DNA of 63,376 nucleotides, the filler included, from Reticulomyxa filosa (lineage: Eukaryota > Protista > Foraminifera): assembly GCA_000512085.1 (NCBI GenBank). It is 18 parts of 18 records of this genome, joined end to end, with 100 filler letters (N's around TTAATTAATTAA, not from the genome) between each part and the next. Parts side by side here need not be neighbours in the genome. Positions count along the whole stretch, not along the records: positions 23,868 to 25,131 come from ASPP01036602.1; positions 25,232 to 26,873 come from ASPP01039625.1; positions 26,974 to 28,299 come from ASPP01001989.1; positions 28,400 to 29,625 come from ASPP01028396.1; positions 29,726 to 31,088 come from ASPP01037001.1; positions 31,189 to 34,386 come from ASPP01024118.1; positions 34,487 to 51,354 come from ASPP01006937.1; 11 more parts are not named here. One strand, given 5' to 3'. Positions 23,868 to 35,560 of the stretch are shown in pieces (the first letter of the stretch is position 1; every line of letters starts with the position of its first letter). The notes beneath the pieces were generated by a model. The model was given only the letters and a program-made list of their open reading frames with translations, did no database searches and was not told the DNA's origin. The translations under genes and the position numbers were made by a program.

Positions 23868-25131
23868 CCGACACCAGCGCCAACTCTATCACCAATACCA
23901 GCACCGACACAGCCTCCAACACGATCACCGATATCTACGCCAACTTCATCACCAATACCAGCACCGACACAGCCTCCGACACGATCACCGTATCTACGCC
24001 AACTTCATCACCAATACCAGCACCGACACAACCTCCGACACGATCACCGACATCTTCGCCAATCCCACCCACTATTTCCAAGGCACCTACAAAAAGACCA
24101 ACTCATTCACCTTCTCCATCGCCAACACGATCACCAACACCAGCGCCTATTATGGCTACGTATACGTGTTCCAGTAGTGACCAATTTAGTGGGTCATTTG
24201 CAGATAGTGCGACAGCTTCTGCGTATTTTGAAATAACAAATTCAAAGGAAATCGAATTTTCAATTTGCTTACCAAATACTACGGAAGTTTTATTTACATT
24301 GAGTTATGGTTCGACTTTTTTATATTCTTTTCCTTCCACCACTCGATGTAGTTCATCGGGTGCTTATTACAAGTTGCCTGCGTCGTATTATCCAATTGGA
24401 ACGTACTTAACAATGACAGTAGAGCACATATCCGGAGAAAATACAACATGGACAATGGATATTTATTGTGGTGCACGTCGAAGATTAGCAAATGTAAATA
24501 ATTTACAATTGGCCAATTCGATTGCTGTTAGTGTAATCAAAGATGATTGCACACCAAGTAATTGGCAATGGAGTGCTAGTGGAAGTTTATGCTGCTTAAT
24601 CTGGGGAGATCCACATTTTGTTCTATTTGACTCCTCCACGTTTGATTATCAAGGTGTTGGACCACATTTACTGTATAATTTGGAAAATTTTCAGATTCAA
24701 GGGCTATTCTTGCCATGGTCCCAGAATCCCGCTGTTACAATCACTATGGGTATTGCAGTCAAATTATCGAATACTGATTATTTTACTGCTTTTTATGCGG
24801 ATAAAAGTTCAAAGGCATTAAATACTTTTTCAAATTGTAAACAATTTAGTGCAACCATTAATAAATGGCAATATACCAAGCGATATCGTTTAATGTATAC
24901 TAGTGCAACAGATATATTTGTTCAATTTTATAATGGAATTGCGTTGAACAGTACTGGCTCTTGGCGTTTTGTTATTTCCGTTCCTCTTTTTTTAAAGTAT
25001 GCAAATTATCAAGGTGGTGCCTGTTTTTCACGGCAACAAGTTACAAAAACAACTAATATTGTCTTTTGCAGTTGTGATAATGGCGCAAATTTTAAATCGA
25101 TGGATACTACCACTTGTTCGAAACGACGTCG
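23868..25131 (+). CDS. Mucin-like PTxxP-repeat surface protein with a von Willebrand factor D (VWD)-like domain (both ends truncated)
   Basis: P/T/S repeats are in frame with ORF 24152. CCLIWGDPHFVLFDSSTFDYQG is the VWD N-terminal GDPH motif. A 1-bp deletion near 23990 lies inside the repeat. Confidence 0.8.
23880..24060 (+). repeat. 60-bp coding tandem repeat (PTSSPIPAPTQPPTRSPIST), 3 copies
   Basis: The unit ccaacttcatcaccaataccagcaccgacacagcctcc... is repeated. Confidence 0.9.
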
Positions 25132-25479
25132 NNNNNNNNNNNNNNNNNNNNNNNNNNNNNNNNNNNNNNNNNNNNTTAATTAATTAANNNNNNNNNNNNN
25201 NNNNNNNNNNNNNNNNNNNNNNNNNNNNNNNGGACTAAAACTGGAGATTGTTGAATGAAGTCATTTTTGTGCGGTTCAGCGTTTGACGAACATCACAATC
25301 AAAGGAAGTACACGCGTTACCCTCAGAATTGCCTTGACCTTGTAAGTCAGCGTTAGTCTTGCTACTTGAATAAATCAGATTTCCAATAACCCAAATAAGA
25401 ATAAAAGTTGATACTTTTTTTTTTCCGGTCCAATAGAAAGTGATTTTTTTGGCTGGTCATTTTCGAATAAGTTGAACTG

Positions 25480-26780
25480 ATGGCGGCCAAACACGCAGCC
25501 TTTTTTGGTGGGCTTGGCAACCTCCTTGGTATTCTACAAACAAAACCTGCTTGAGCAATCAAAACTCGTGTTTACAAGCAAACCTCCAGGAATAAGTGCT
25601 GAATCGTTAAATCCTTACGATGCAAAGCTGCTAGAACTGATAAATCAACGACTGATTGAAACATTAAGCAACACTACAGACAAAGCAAAATTGAAAGCAT
25701 TGAAAACATACAAATATGGATTTCCAAGCCACGAAAATTTGAGTTTTCGACGCAGTTATGTATCATCAATTAATTATGAGAGAAGAATTCCAAACTGGGT
25801 GATGGAATGTATTGAAAAGGAAGATGTTACTCAAAATCCACAAGTTACCCGAAGTAATTCCATTTGGAATTCTAATGGGGCTACACCCAGATATGTTCGT
25901 GTTATGCCTTGGGATTATACTAATAGGTATGCGTTAAGTAATATAATGAATACATAAAATATTTATTTGTTATTTATTAAAAAAAAAAAACAGTGGATAT
26001 TCACGCGGACATATGGCAGCTGCTGGATGTCATCAAAACGATCAAGTAATGAAAAATGACACTTTTATTTTAGAGGATAATATCATTCCGCAAGATATGG
26101 CAATGAATGGTTCGGATTGGTGTCTTTTGGAAAGATTTTGTCAACACTTGGTGAGTGAGATAGATCAAGTATATCCAAAGCTATGGATTGTGAGTGGCCC
26201 ATTATTCCAAAAAAAGGAAATAAAAAAGAATAACTTTCAAATTGTGCACGATGTTATTGGTGTGCATAACAATAATAATGTCAAACATAATAAAAATGAT
26301 ATCGCTGTACCAACTTATTTTTTCAAAGTATTATTAACGAAGAATGAAAAAACAGGACATTTTGAAACTGCGTCTTTCATTATGCCAAATCATCCTATTG
26401 CAGAAGCTTTACCTCTGTCTGCATATCAATGTGAAGTGACTGATATCGAAAAATACACTGGTTTGCAATTTTTTACAAAAGTGGCAAATAATGACCAATT
26501 ACATAAAATGGATGTACAACAATTGTTTGAACAATTACATCTATCTAATGAAGACAAAAATCGAATTCAAGGATGGCGTACATTAGGACAATTGCAAGTA
26601 GCAAAGACTTTGGAGTCCTTGGAAGCTGCTTGGCAAGAGGATCAACAAATGGGATTTGATGAAAGCTGGTTGCAAGATATGCACTTCAAAAAGTACAAAG
26701 AAACACAAAGAATATTGATTGTTCAATATCAAAAATGGCTTGATTCTTTGAAATCACAAATGAAAGAAAACTCAAACTAA
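25480..26780 (+). CDS. EXOG: Mitochondrial DNA/RNA non-specific nuclease of the EndoG/Nuc1 family, EXOG-like
   Basis: Exons 25480-25926 and 25994-26780: YGFP, YERRIPNWVME, DYTNSGYSRGHMAAAG, NIIPQD..NG.DW..LE, VSGPL, IAVPTYFFKV, IEKYTGLQFF, plus a helical C-terminal extension. The ATG at 25480 is in frame only if the T6 run at 25501 is T5. The EXOG orthology is inferred. Confidence 0.85.
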
Positions 26781-26986
26781 AATATTTTCTTTTTTGTTGA
26801 TAAAGTTTTATTTTAGTAAATTGATTCATTCTATTGATTCTTTTTATCTTCAATTAAAATAATAAAAGAAAATNNNNNNNNNNNNNNNNNNNNNNNNNNN
26901 NNNNNNNNNNNNNNNNNTTAATTAATTAANNNNNNNNNNNNNNNNNNNNNNNNNNNNNNNNNNNNNNNNNNNNTGTATACTCCTTT

Positions 26987-27017
<31 letters not shown>

Positions 27018-27042
27018 GATAATACCTTTGTTATTATCAAAA

Positions 27043-27250
27043 TCAAAAGTATTTGTCCAATAACCCATCATTTGCCACTTCACTAACAGTATTCGAATAC
27101 ACTGCGAAATTGGACAACTCCACTTTCTTTCGCACTGTCTGCTTCACTTGTGCAATAAATTCGGCTATTTTTGCCAAGTTTGTTAAAGATAATATGATGA
27201 GATATTTTACGTACAGAATTAAGCACTGAGGTAACAACTGCCTCGACCAT
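27043..27250 (-). pseudogene. Possible VPS13 (chorein N) remnant
   Basis: MVEAVVTSVLNS followed by a GT donor, then FIAQVKQTVRKKVELSNFAVY and an early stop. Both pieces resemble VPS13 N-terminal motifs, but they are short. Confidence 0.35.
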
Positions 27251-28399
27251 TTTTTAATATTATTATGATAATTTCAAGTTTTTTTTTTGTTGGAAAAAAA
27301 AAAAGTTTAGCGTAGACACCTTTTTCAGACTAACAGTAAAGATGTCGCTTTCTCATATTTCACTTTTATTTTACAAGTTGTAATTAACTGTACCTGTAAA
27401 TACTCAATCGTGGCTGCTTATGTTTTAAAATATATTGAATAGCTCATGTAAAAAATTAAATATTACGACATCATATCATTTAAAACTCAAAACTTCATTT
27501 GTTCAAAGTAATTTTGAATGTTGTACAATGTTGTATTTCTTCAAATTTTTTCACATTTGCTATTTTTGAAATTTTGTTCCATTTTTATGATTTTGTGTTT
27601 CAATACCACCGCATCTTTGAAATGGATCTTTATTTTTAATATTTACAGTCTTTTAAATATCACTTATGCTATAATTGTTGTTCATGTTTTAATGAACAAA
27701 ATTTATGTTTTCTTCTTGTACTTGATTCTGCTTTACAATTAAACCAACTTGGCACGTTGATTACCATTCGCATAAGCAAAAGAAGAAAGCAAATATCCTT
27801 ATAATTTTAAGGGCATTCATTTCTTTTTAGCAACCAATTTATAAAATTTAATATTCATCAAATAGAAAATTGCATTAAAACAATTGCAACAATAAAGGAC
27901 ATGATATTATTTCAAATATTTTTACACAAAAGTGGCGAACATAATCTTTGTGTCATTGACTTACTCATCAAGCAATGAAGTAATTATTTAATTTTGTTTC
28001 TTTTTCAATTTCCGCTTCCAATGCAATAATCATTTCTGGCGACAAGTCGACGCGCAAACTACTTTGTGACTCTTCGCCACGTCCGATAGTACTGCGTTCT
28101 TCAAATAACAACGTGCCAGCTTGGTGTGTACTTGTCCACCAGTTTTGCTATAAATTCTTCTTTACTCACTTTATAATATATACAGTAGATTGCAAAAAAA
28201 ACTGCCATACCTAAATGGCACTATATGAAGAGAATCGATTTTCTCCATGAAAATAAGATTTAAACCATTTTTAAAAAAAAATATCTACTAATCTTGTAGN
28301 NNNNNNNNNNNNNNNNNNNNNNNNNNNNNNNNNNNNNNNNNNNTTAATTAATTAANNNNNNNNNNNNNNNNNNNNNNNNNNNNNNNNNNNNNNNNNNNN

Positions 28400-29545
28400 A
28401 TGTAATTGTTTTTTATATGTTGATGTTAATTCAATCCAATTAAGTAAACCAATACGAATTTTTCCACGAATGTAAATATCATAAATAGATCCTTCTATTT
28501 TTAATCCACTCCATTCATGAATAATTTTCCAATTCATATTACCATCCATAAACCAACATATTTCTGCATCTAAATATAATGCATTAGGACGATCTGATTT
28601 TACTTTTGTGCAAGCAGGATCTTTTGAGCTATAAAATTAATGTATATATTGTGTATAATATTTCATTAGAGAATAAGGATTATAATAAAAATACATACGC
28701 ACTAATTCATATCTTTCATATCTCCCATAGAAGTGACAAGAACAGTATTTTCTCTTTTACGAGTAGTGATCATATTTGTATCAATAAGTTTTTCGTCTTC
28801 AGGCGGAGCTGGTGATTTATCAATTGATGAATGTTGGGTTTTTGATTCATCTAAAGTATTTTCTATGTCTTCATCGTGATCATCATTATCTATCTTTTCT
28901 TCCTCTTCCTCTACCTCTTCTTCCAGTTCTTCTTCCAGGTATTCTTCTTCTTCTTCTTCTTCATGTCCAGTGAGACTCCTTTCTGATGTAAGTGATTTGG
29001 TTGATAAATTCAAGGTCATATCATCTTTACTATTTTGTCGTTGAAACATTTGTTTATGAGAATCCACGATACTATTTTTTTTATCATTATTATTATTTGT
29101 ATGATCTATAGTACTTCCAGTACTGGAAGTATTTGATTCACCTAAACCAAATGTTTTTTGCCATCGTTTACCAATATTCTTTCCAAATGCAAATGCTTTA
29201 CCCATATCATCACTACTCAGAAAAGCAGCTTGTGTCCCAAATTTGGCTGTCAATGTATCAAACATATTCAATTTAGGATGTGTTTCTTGTGTTGATATTT
29301 TCTTCTTTTTATTTATCTTTTTTTCATTATCTTCCACCCAATGTAAATTTTTCACAAATCGTATCCCAGTTATTACTGGTGCTTTCGAACCAATATTTAT
29401 TTGTGTTATTTCCATATGCAATAATTTTTTTAATACATTACGATCACTTTCTTTTAATGCTTCTGTAATGCTTGCATTAATTTCTTTTTTTTTTTTTCAC
29501 CAAAAACTTTTTAAAAAAGCGATTTTTCGGATTATGATCATTTAT
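28400..29545 (-). CDS. SMP (TULIP) lipid-transfer domain protein with a long acidic insertion (partial)
   Basis: LHMEITQINIGSKAPVITGIRFV ... acidic insert ... ALYLDAEICWFMDG...IEGSIYDIYIRGKIRIGL follows the SMP strand pattern. A TAG at 28702 just before the likely donor is unresolved. Confidence 0.6.
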
Positions 29546-29949
29546 TTATTTTATATAATACACTCAACTTAATCTCAACTGCTGATCACAAATATCAATA
29601 AAATATTTGTGCATATGATTGAGACNNNNNNNNNNNNNNNNNNNNNNNNNNNNNNNNNNNNNNNNNNNNTTAATTAATTAANNNNNNNNNNNNNNNNNNN
29701 NNNNNNNNNNNNNNNNNNNNNNNNNAAAAAAAAATAAATAAATACCTGGACATTGGAGCTCGAGCTCCATTCTAATTTCTTTTTTCTTTCTTTCAAAAAA
29801 ACACTCACATATTTTTTTTTGTTTGTTTTGAGGGTGGGGGGAAAAATAAAATAAAAAAATATATTTATTCTTGGGGGAATTCCTATACTACAAACACACA
29901 ATCAACAAACACTATATAACAAAATAAAAAATAAACACATAAATACACA

Positions 29950-31088
29950 AACCTTGTTTCCTCCTTTCGGAGGCGGGATGGAGTTCAACCCCTGTCTTTT
30001 TTTTGGTTTGTGTATGTGGGAGGGGAAAAACTGGGAACAGGGCCTTTGTCGACGGGGGAATGCCTATATCAAACATACAACAAGTTAATACATTTGTTTA
30101 AAAAAAAAGATAAAGACAAACCAATATTTCTCCTTTCGGAGACGGGGTGGATTCTACCCCTTATCTTCTTTTTCTTCTTGTCACTGCTTGCACTATAATG
30201 AAAAAAATACACAAACAAACATTGTTTTTTTTTATACAATATGAAAAATAAATAGATTTGGTCAAAGAACTTCTTACCTTTGTCTTGTGGGCGTGGCCAC
30301 TGTAATACAATTTCCACCACACCAAACGCCACCCCACATTGTTATCATCGTCGTCATCGTCAGTGCTGTTTTGTTAGCACGTTATGCAGCTCCCGAGTAC
30401 CATTCTATTAAATTTTTTTTATTATATACACAACATACAATTTACATAAGCATAATGTCACATTATTTTGTTGAAAGTGGTTTTATAAAAAAAAATGTAC
30501 ATGTACTTGTTTTTTATTATATATCTTCCAAAAATAGATAACGTATATATAAAAATTGCTTATACCTTTGTGGTTGTGCGCCTTGTGCATTCGATTCGGC
30601 GACTTATGTTGGACAGACAGTTCCAGCAAAATTTTTTGATGTAGCTGCTGTCTGTATTGGATGATGTTGGTGGATGATATGATGGATGATGTTGGTGGAT
30701 GATATGATGGATGATGTGATTGATGATGTTATAGATGATGTGATTGATGGCGTGGTGGACGATGTTGGTGGATAGTAGTTGGTGGGTATTGTCTTGTTGT
30801 TGGAAGTTGTTGTTGATGATATTGGGGCTTGTGCGAAGTGCTGCCGATAGACACAGCCCATAAATAGTCCAGGCATTGACAATACGACTAACCCGTTCAT
30901 CGACCACTTTTTTTTTCTTGGGACTTGCAACCCATCATCGATTGAGGCGTCGACGGACTTGCGAACGCGTTTGTGGATAGCCGCTCGAGATATCATGACG
31001 ATAAATCTTGCGGCCCACTCCATGAGCAAACAACGTACCGCTCGTCCTATATTGCCATGCGGTTGACTGTTGTTTGTTTCAATATTGC
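29950..31088 (-). CDS. Hypothetical protein fragment with S/T/I/H-rich repeats, multi-exon, frameshifted
   Basis: Overlapping minus ORFs 31029-30604 and 30907-30560, plus GC-richer downstream segments with GTAAG donors. Confidence 0.3.
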
Positions 31089-31188
31089 NNNNNNNNNNNN
31101 NNNNNNNNNNNNNNNNNNNNNNNNNNNNNNNNTTAATTAATTAANNNNNNNNNNNNNNNNNNNNNNNNNNNNNNNNNNNNNNNNNNNN

Positions 31189-31851
31189 AAAAAGAAATCA
31201 ATGGCAAAAGTGGCAAAGATAAAGAGCAAGACTATGGACAAGGACAAGGACAAGGGCAAGAGCAAGGACAAGACAAAGAGAAAGACGGGGATAAAAACAA
31301 GGACAATGAGTCTCCCAAACTACTCAAAACAACAAAGGGCAAAAACAAAAACAAATGGCAATGTGAACATTGTCCTTTGACATTTCAATACAAAAAAGAA
31401 AAGACCAAACATGAGTACTTACATACTGGAGACAAGCCGTTTGCTTGTATTTACTGTGGCAAAAAGTGGAAGAATAAAACAGCACTCAAACGGCATGTTC
31501 ATACGCATACGGGTGTGTTACATGTTTAAGTTTTTTTTTTTTTTTTTTGGATCGATTCTCCTTTCAACACCACCATGGACACCTTTTGCTGTTAACCAAG
31601 TTTTAATGTGTATGTATGTATATTTTTTTTTTTATCTTTTAGGAGAGAAACCTTATGAATGCAATTGGTGCGAAAAACGCTACACGCAGTCCACCCTTTT
31701 GAAAACACATTGCCAAAAAACACACGGCGTTTTGGTGAAGTTTAAGAAAGGAAAAGCGGTTCTCGTTGGAAGAGTGGACATTCAACACGAAGGCGAGTAT
31801 AATCTATTACCACCTAAATTATTTGAGGGAATGCCTGGGACACTTGTGTAG
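31189..31851 (+). CDS. C2H2 zinc-finger protein, three fingers with TGDKP/TGEKP linkers (5' truncated)
   Basis: WQCEHC...HEYLH-TGDKP-FACIYC...HVHTH-TG|EKP-YECNWC...HCQKTH; intron 31513-31642. Confidence 0.92.
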
Positions 31852-32925
31852 GTGTGGTGATTATGTCCTTCTTCTTCTTCTTTTTTCTTTTTTATTACCA
31901 AATAACGAAAACTATTGTAATTACTTCAATTGTGTCTCTTTCTTCTTCTTTTAATCTTTTTTTCATTTTGTTCTTTATTTTGTTTTTTACTTTTGTTTTC
32001 TTGTTGTATCCAGCATTGTAAAAGAATTGAGACAGTTGCTTATCCAACTTTCTTCCTTTTCTTTACTTATATATCGATACTTCGTGCGAGTTTATATTTC
32101 ATTTTCTCAACAAATATTACTCATTGAAATGCCATTTTTTTCCTACAGTACTGAGCACTGCATCGCGGGAGATATACTTGACATTTGACGATGTTTCGCA
32201 GCTTTGGCAATTTTTTTTTTCACTTTAAATAATGCACTTATGTAATGAATCTCTCGTTAACTTAAAAAAATTGCCTTCTTCACAAAATCTACAGCAACAC
32301 TTTTGCTTACTCACATACTAAAACAACACCAATATGCATCAGGAATACAACGCACTAATGTACATTCGATAATGTCTAATTTGTTATGCAACAGCTCTAT
32401 AAATTTACTGCGAAAAACAATCGAGAAAATTTACTTTGCAAAACATGTTTACCACGAATCTCTTAATTTTCTCCACAACAAGTAATCTAAACCACAAAAT
32501 ACAAATAAAAAATGATTCAATGATGCAGCACAAACAGTGCAACAATCGGGAATAAAAATTATTCATTGCCGAAAAAGAAATACGAATTGAAACAGTAAAA
32601 TGACAATATAATTGTTTTGCATTACTTTAACGATGACTTATTTTTAAAATTGTTAAATTTTATTATTTAATAAAACAAAACCAACCAGAATTACAAGACT
32701 ATATTCAACTATTTGACAAATAGGCAAGCTGCAAAAATTACCAACAGTAAACATAGGCACCGATGTGTATGGAAAGATAGCCACTGAAAAGGGCTGGAAC
32801 AAGTGTAGTACAAGATTGCTTCTAATTTTAGCTTTATAAATGAAAATACTTTTGCTTATTGGCAAAATTTTAACTCAAACGCAGCTGAAAGAGAAAAAAA
32901 GGAGAGCGAGTAAAAAAAAAAAAAA

Positions 32926-33770
32926 ATGAAAAAGAATTATTTTAGTGCTGTGCCCACGAGGCATACAACTGTCTCCAGGCCATATTTTTTTTCGCACCAG
33001 TCATTGTGTACAGTGGCTGTTAATAATTTGTTTTCACGAAATAGAATTTTTGCAAACACTTTGGCACTAAAAAAGACGGAAAATGTTGCTCCAGTTACAA
33101 ATACCAAGCATTCAATCACAACATCTGTAGCTCAATACATTAATGAAGAAATAATAAATAATCTTCGGAAAGACGAACAATTTGCCCACGCGATAGAGCG
33201 AAGACGAGATTGGATGAATTATCCCATATTTTCAATATTATTTACCAAGTTCAACACATTCATCAAATTGTCCAGATTTGATCAAGAGATTTTCAAAGTT
33301 TTTAATTTTTTTTTTTTTTGCTACGTTGTCTTGCCTTCAAAAACAAAATAATTGAAACAAAACAAAAGACAAACACAAAAGACTTCAATGAATTCAAAAT
33401 AAGACACAATCTTGGAGGAAAAACTGATCGATCCTCTTGGTTAACTCGTCGTGACAATGAAGAGATGGCACAAGATATGATTGAATCGGCAATAAAATAT
33501 CTGAAAGACGAAAAAGTGGAGTATGTGCATTTGCAAGTCAAAGGATTTAGCACTGCGAGGAATCGATGCTTAGAAATAGTGTTTGAAAACTTAAAAGTTA
33601 TGCAGTTTGCTGATACAACCTCTGTCATGTGGGGACCCGGCTTGAGAAGACGACATGCACCGTGCTTAAAACGTGTAAGTAAACCGAAAGGTGCACCTCG
33701 GGTACGAAAACAAAGAATGAGGAAAAAAAAGGAAGAGATCCTCGATCCATTGGCGTACTTTGGTTCTTAA
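32926..33770 (+). CDS. Divergent mitochondrial ribosomal protein uS11-like
   Basis: Basic/hydroxylated presequence-like N-terminus; PIFSILFTKFNTFIKLS; VHLQVKGFSTARNRCL...LKVMQFADTTSVMWGPGLRRR follows the uS11 V.VKG.G.GR / I.D.TP.PHNG.R pattern. Intron ~33298-33368; start codon uncertain. Confidence 0.65.
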
Positions 33771-34106
33771 AAACTTTTTATTTCCTAGGCAAACAACAAT
33801 TTACATTTGTTTTTTTTAATGGATTATTTCGTTTTTCATTCACAATGTCCAATATATCATTGATGGAATGAAGCGATATGTTAATTGTAATCATCTTCAT
33901 TTTATACTCATTCTTACAATGAATACTTCCTGTTTTAATTTTGTCAAAGTCTCCATTCATAAAAACATAAATATGAATTAATTGCACGTTCACAATTCGT
34001 TTGAAAATATAAACTTTTAGGGGGAATAGGCATATCTTTCTGGTAAAAAAAAAGATGTCTTGAAGAAAAGGCAATTTTAAAGAAAAAGTACAAAACGCAA
34101 GACCAA

Positions 34107-34386
34107 ATGAAAGACCAGCCTAAGCGGAATAAGTATGGGGAAATACAGGCGCCGGATACACCTAAAACCGATCCGGAACCTGAAGACATCGACATCGACA
34201 TTGGTCAAGACATCGACATTGGTCAAAACATCGACATTGGTCAAAACATCGACATTGGTCCAGACTTTGACCTCACACTGGACATTAGTATTGAGTCTAG
34301 GCCCATGCCCAAAGAATATTCAGAGCCATATCCCGAAATTTACAGCATTGGTCCACCTGAGATCCAGTACCATGATGAAGATCATT
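34107..34386 (+). CDS. Hypothetical acidic protein with an 18-bp repeat (IDIGQN)n, 3' truncated
   Basis: Open frame into the spacer; catcgacattggtcaaaa occurs about 4 times. Confidence 0.4.
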
Positions 34387-34486
34387 NNNNNNNNNNNNNN
34401 NNNNNNNNNNNNNNNNNNNNNNNNNNNNNNTTAATTAATTAANNNNNNNNNNNNNNNNNNNNNNNNNNNNNNNNNNNNNNNNNNNN

Positions 34487-35560
34487 ATAATAATAATGAT
34501 AATAATAATGACAATAGTGATAATGATAATACACAAGTGAGTACGACACAGGACAGTGAGCCCAAAAAAAAACCATTCAATCGAATTAAAAAAAGAAAAG
34601 CCACGAAATTTTCCAAGTATTTTGAAACACAAATTTCTTCGTTTCGTTCCATGATCGGACAATATGGCTATGTGGGTGGCCCTGTCGTCAATGGCTCATT
34701 TCCAAGTCATATCTTGCATAATCAACCACGTGTGCATTCCACTTTTTCAAAGACCTCGATGCAATTGATCCCCAATCGCAATATCTTTTGGACAGAGATT
34801 ACCAGTCAAAGCATCTCCAAACTATTGAAATGCTTTCTGCCCCATCCCTTCACCGACGACAGTGCCGATATTAACACTGATCCACTTGGTCGGGTCCGAC
34901 TTATTCATGGAAGTTGTGCGTGGACGCCCGAGCAATTAAATGTCGAAATGCAAAATGGCACGTGGCTAGGTGAGTTCCATTTCGATTTGTTTTGTATGCC
35001 ATCAAATTATATTTATGTGTGTATATCATGAAGGACCCATCGTCGTAAATTCGCACGACGAAATGGAAGCCTTATTATCGCTATCTTGCTATTCAAATTT
35101 GGAAAACAACACAACCAGTAACGATCATTTCAAAAAAACAAAGTCATCTCCATCAGATCAATTTGAACGCATTTATTGGCAATGGGTCGTCAAAGCCATT
35201 GGCGGAGAGTACACAAGTCTCTCATTATTCCCCTTTCCGATTTCTGAACGACATACCCCATTTTTAAAGGGGTATTTTGAATATATGGCCGAATTTTATC
35301 AAGATTTCTTTTATTCATATTCACAATCCGCTAAGACAAATCAACCTAGCTCTGCATCCGATCGCAGCAGTTCAGTCCCTGGGGATAACGATAACGATAA
35401 TGACGACGATGAAGATAATGATGACGATGAGGATAACAATGATGATAATGACAACAATGAAAATAGTCGCAGCAGTAATAACACGAATTCAAGACGTAAC
35501 AATAAAATAAGCAAAACATCAACAAAACACAAAAAAATTGGTCAAACCGACAAAAAGTGA
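34487..35560 (+). CDS. DUF179 / YqgE-AlgH (UPF0301) family protein, 5' truncated
   Basis: YVGGPV...ILH, RVRLIHGSCAWTPEQLNVEMQNGTW and YWQWVVKAIGGEYTSLSLFP match the GGPV, GY.GW...QL..E...W and W..LGG.Y motifs. Intron 34970-35033. Confidence 0.8.
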
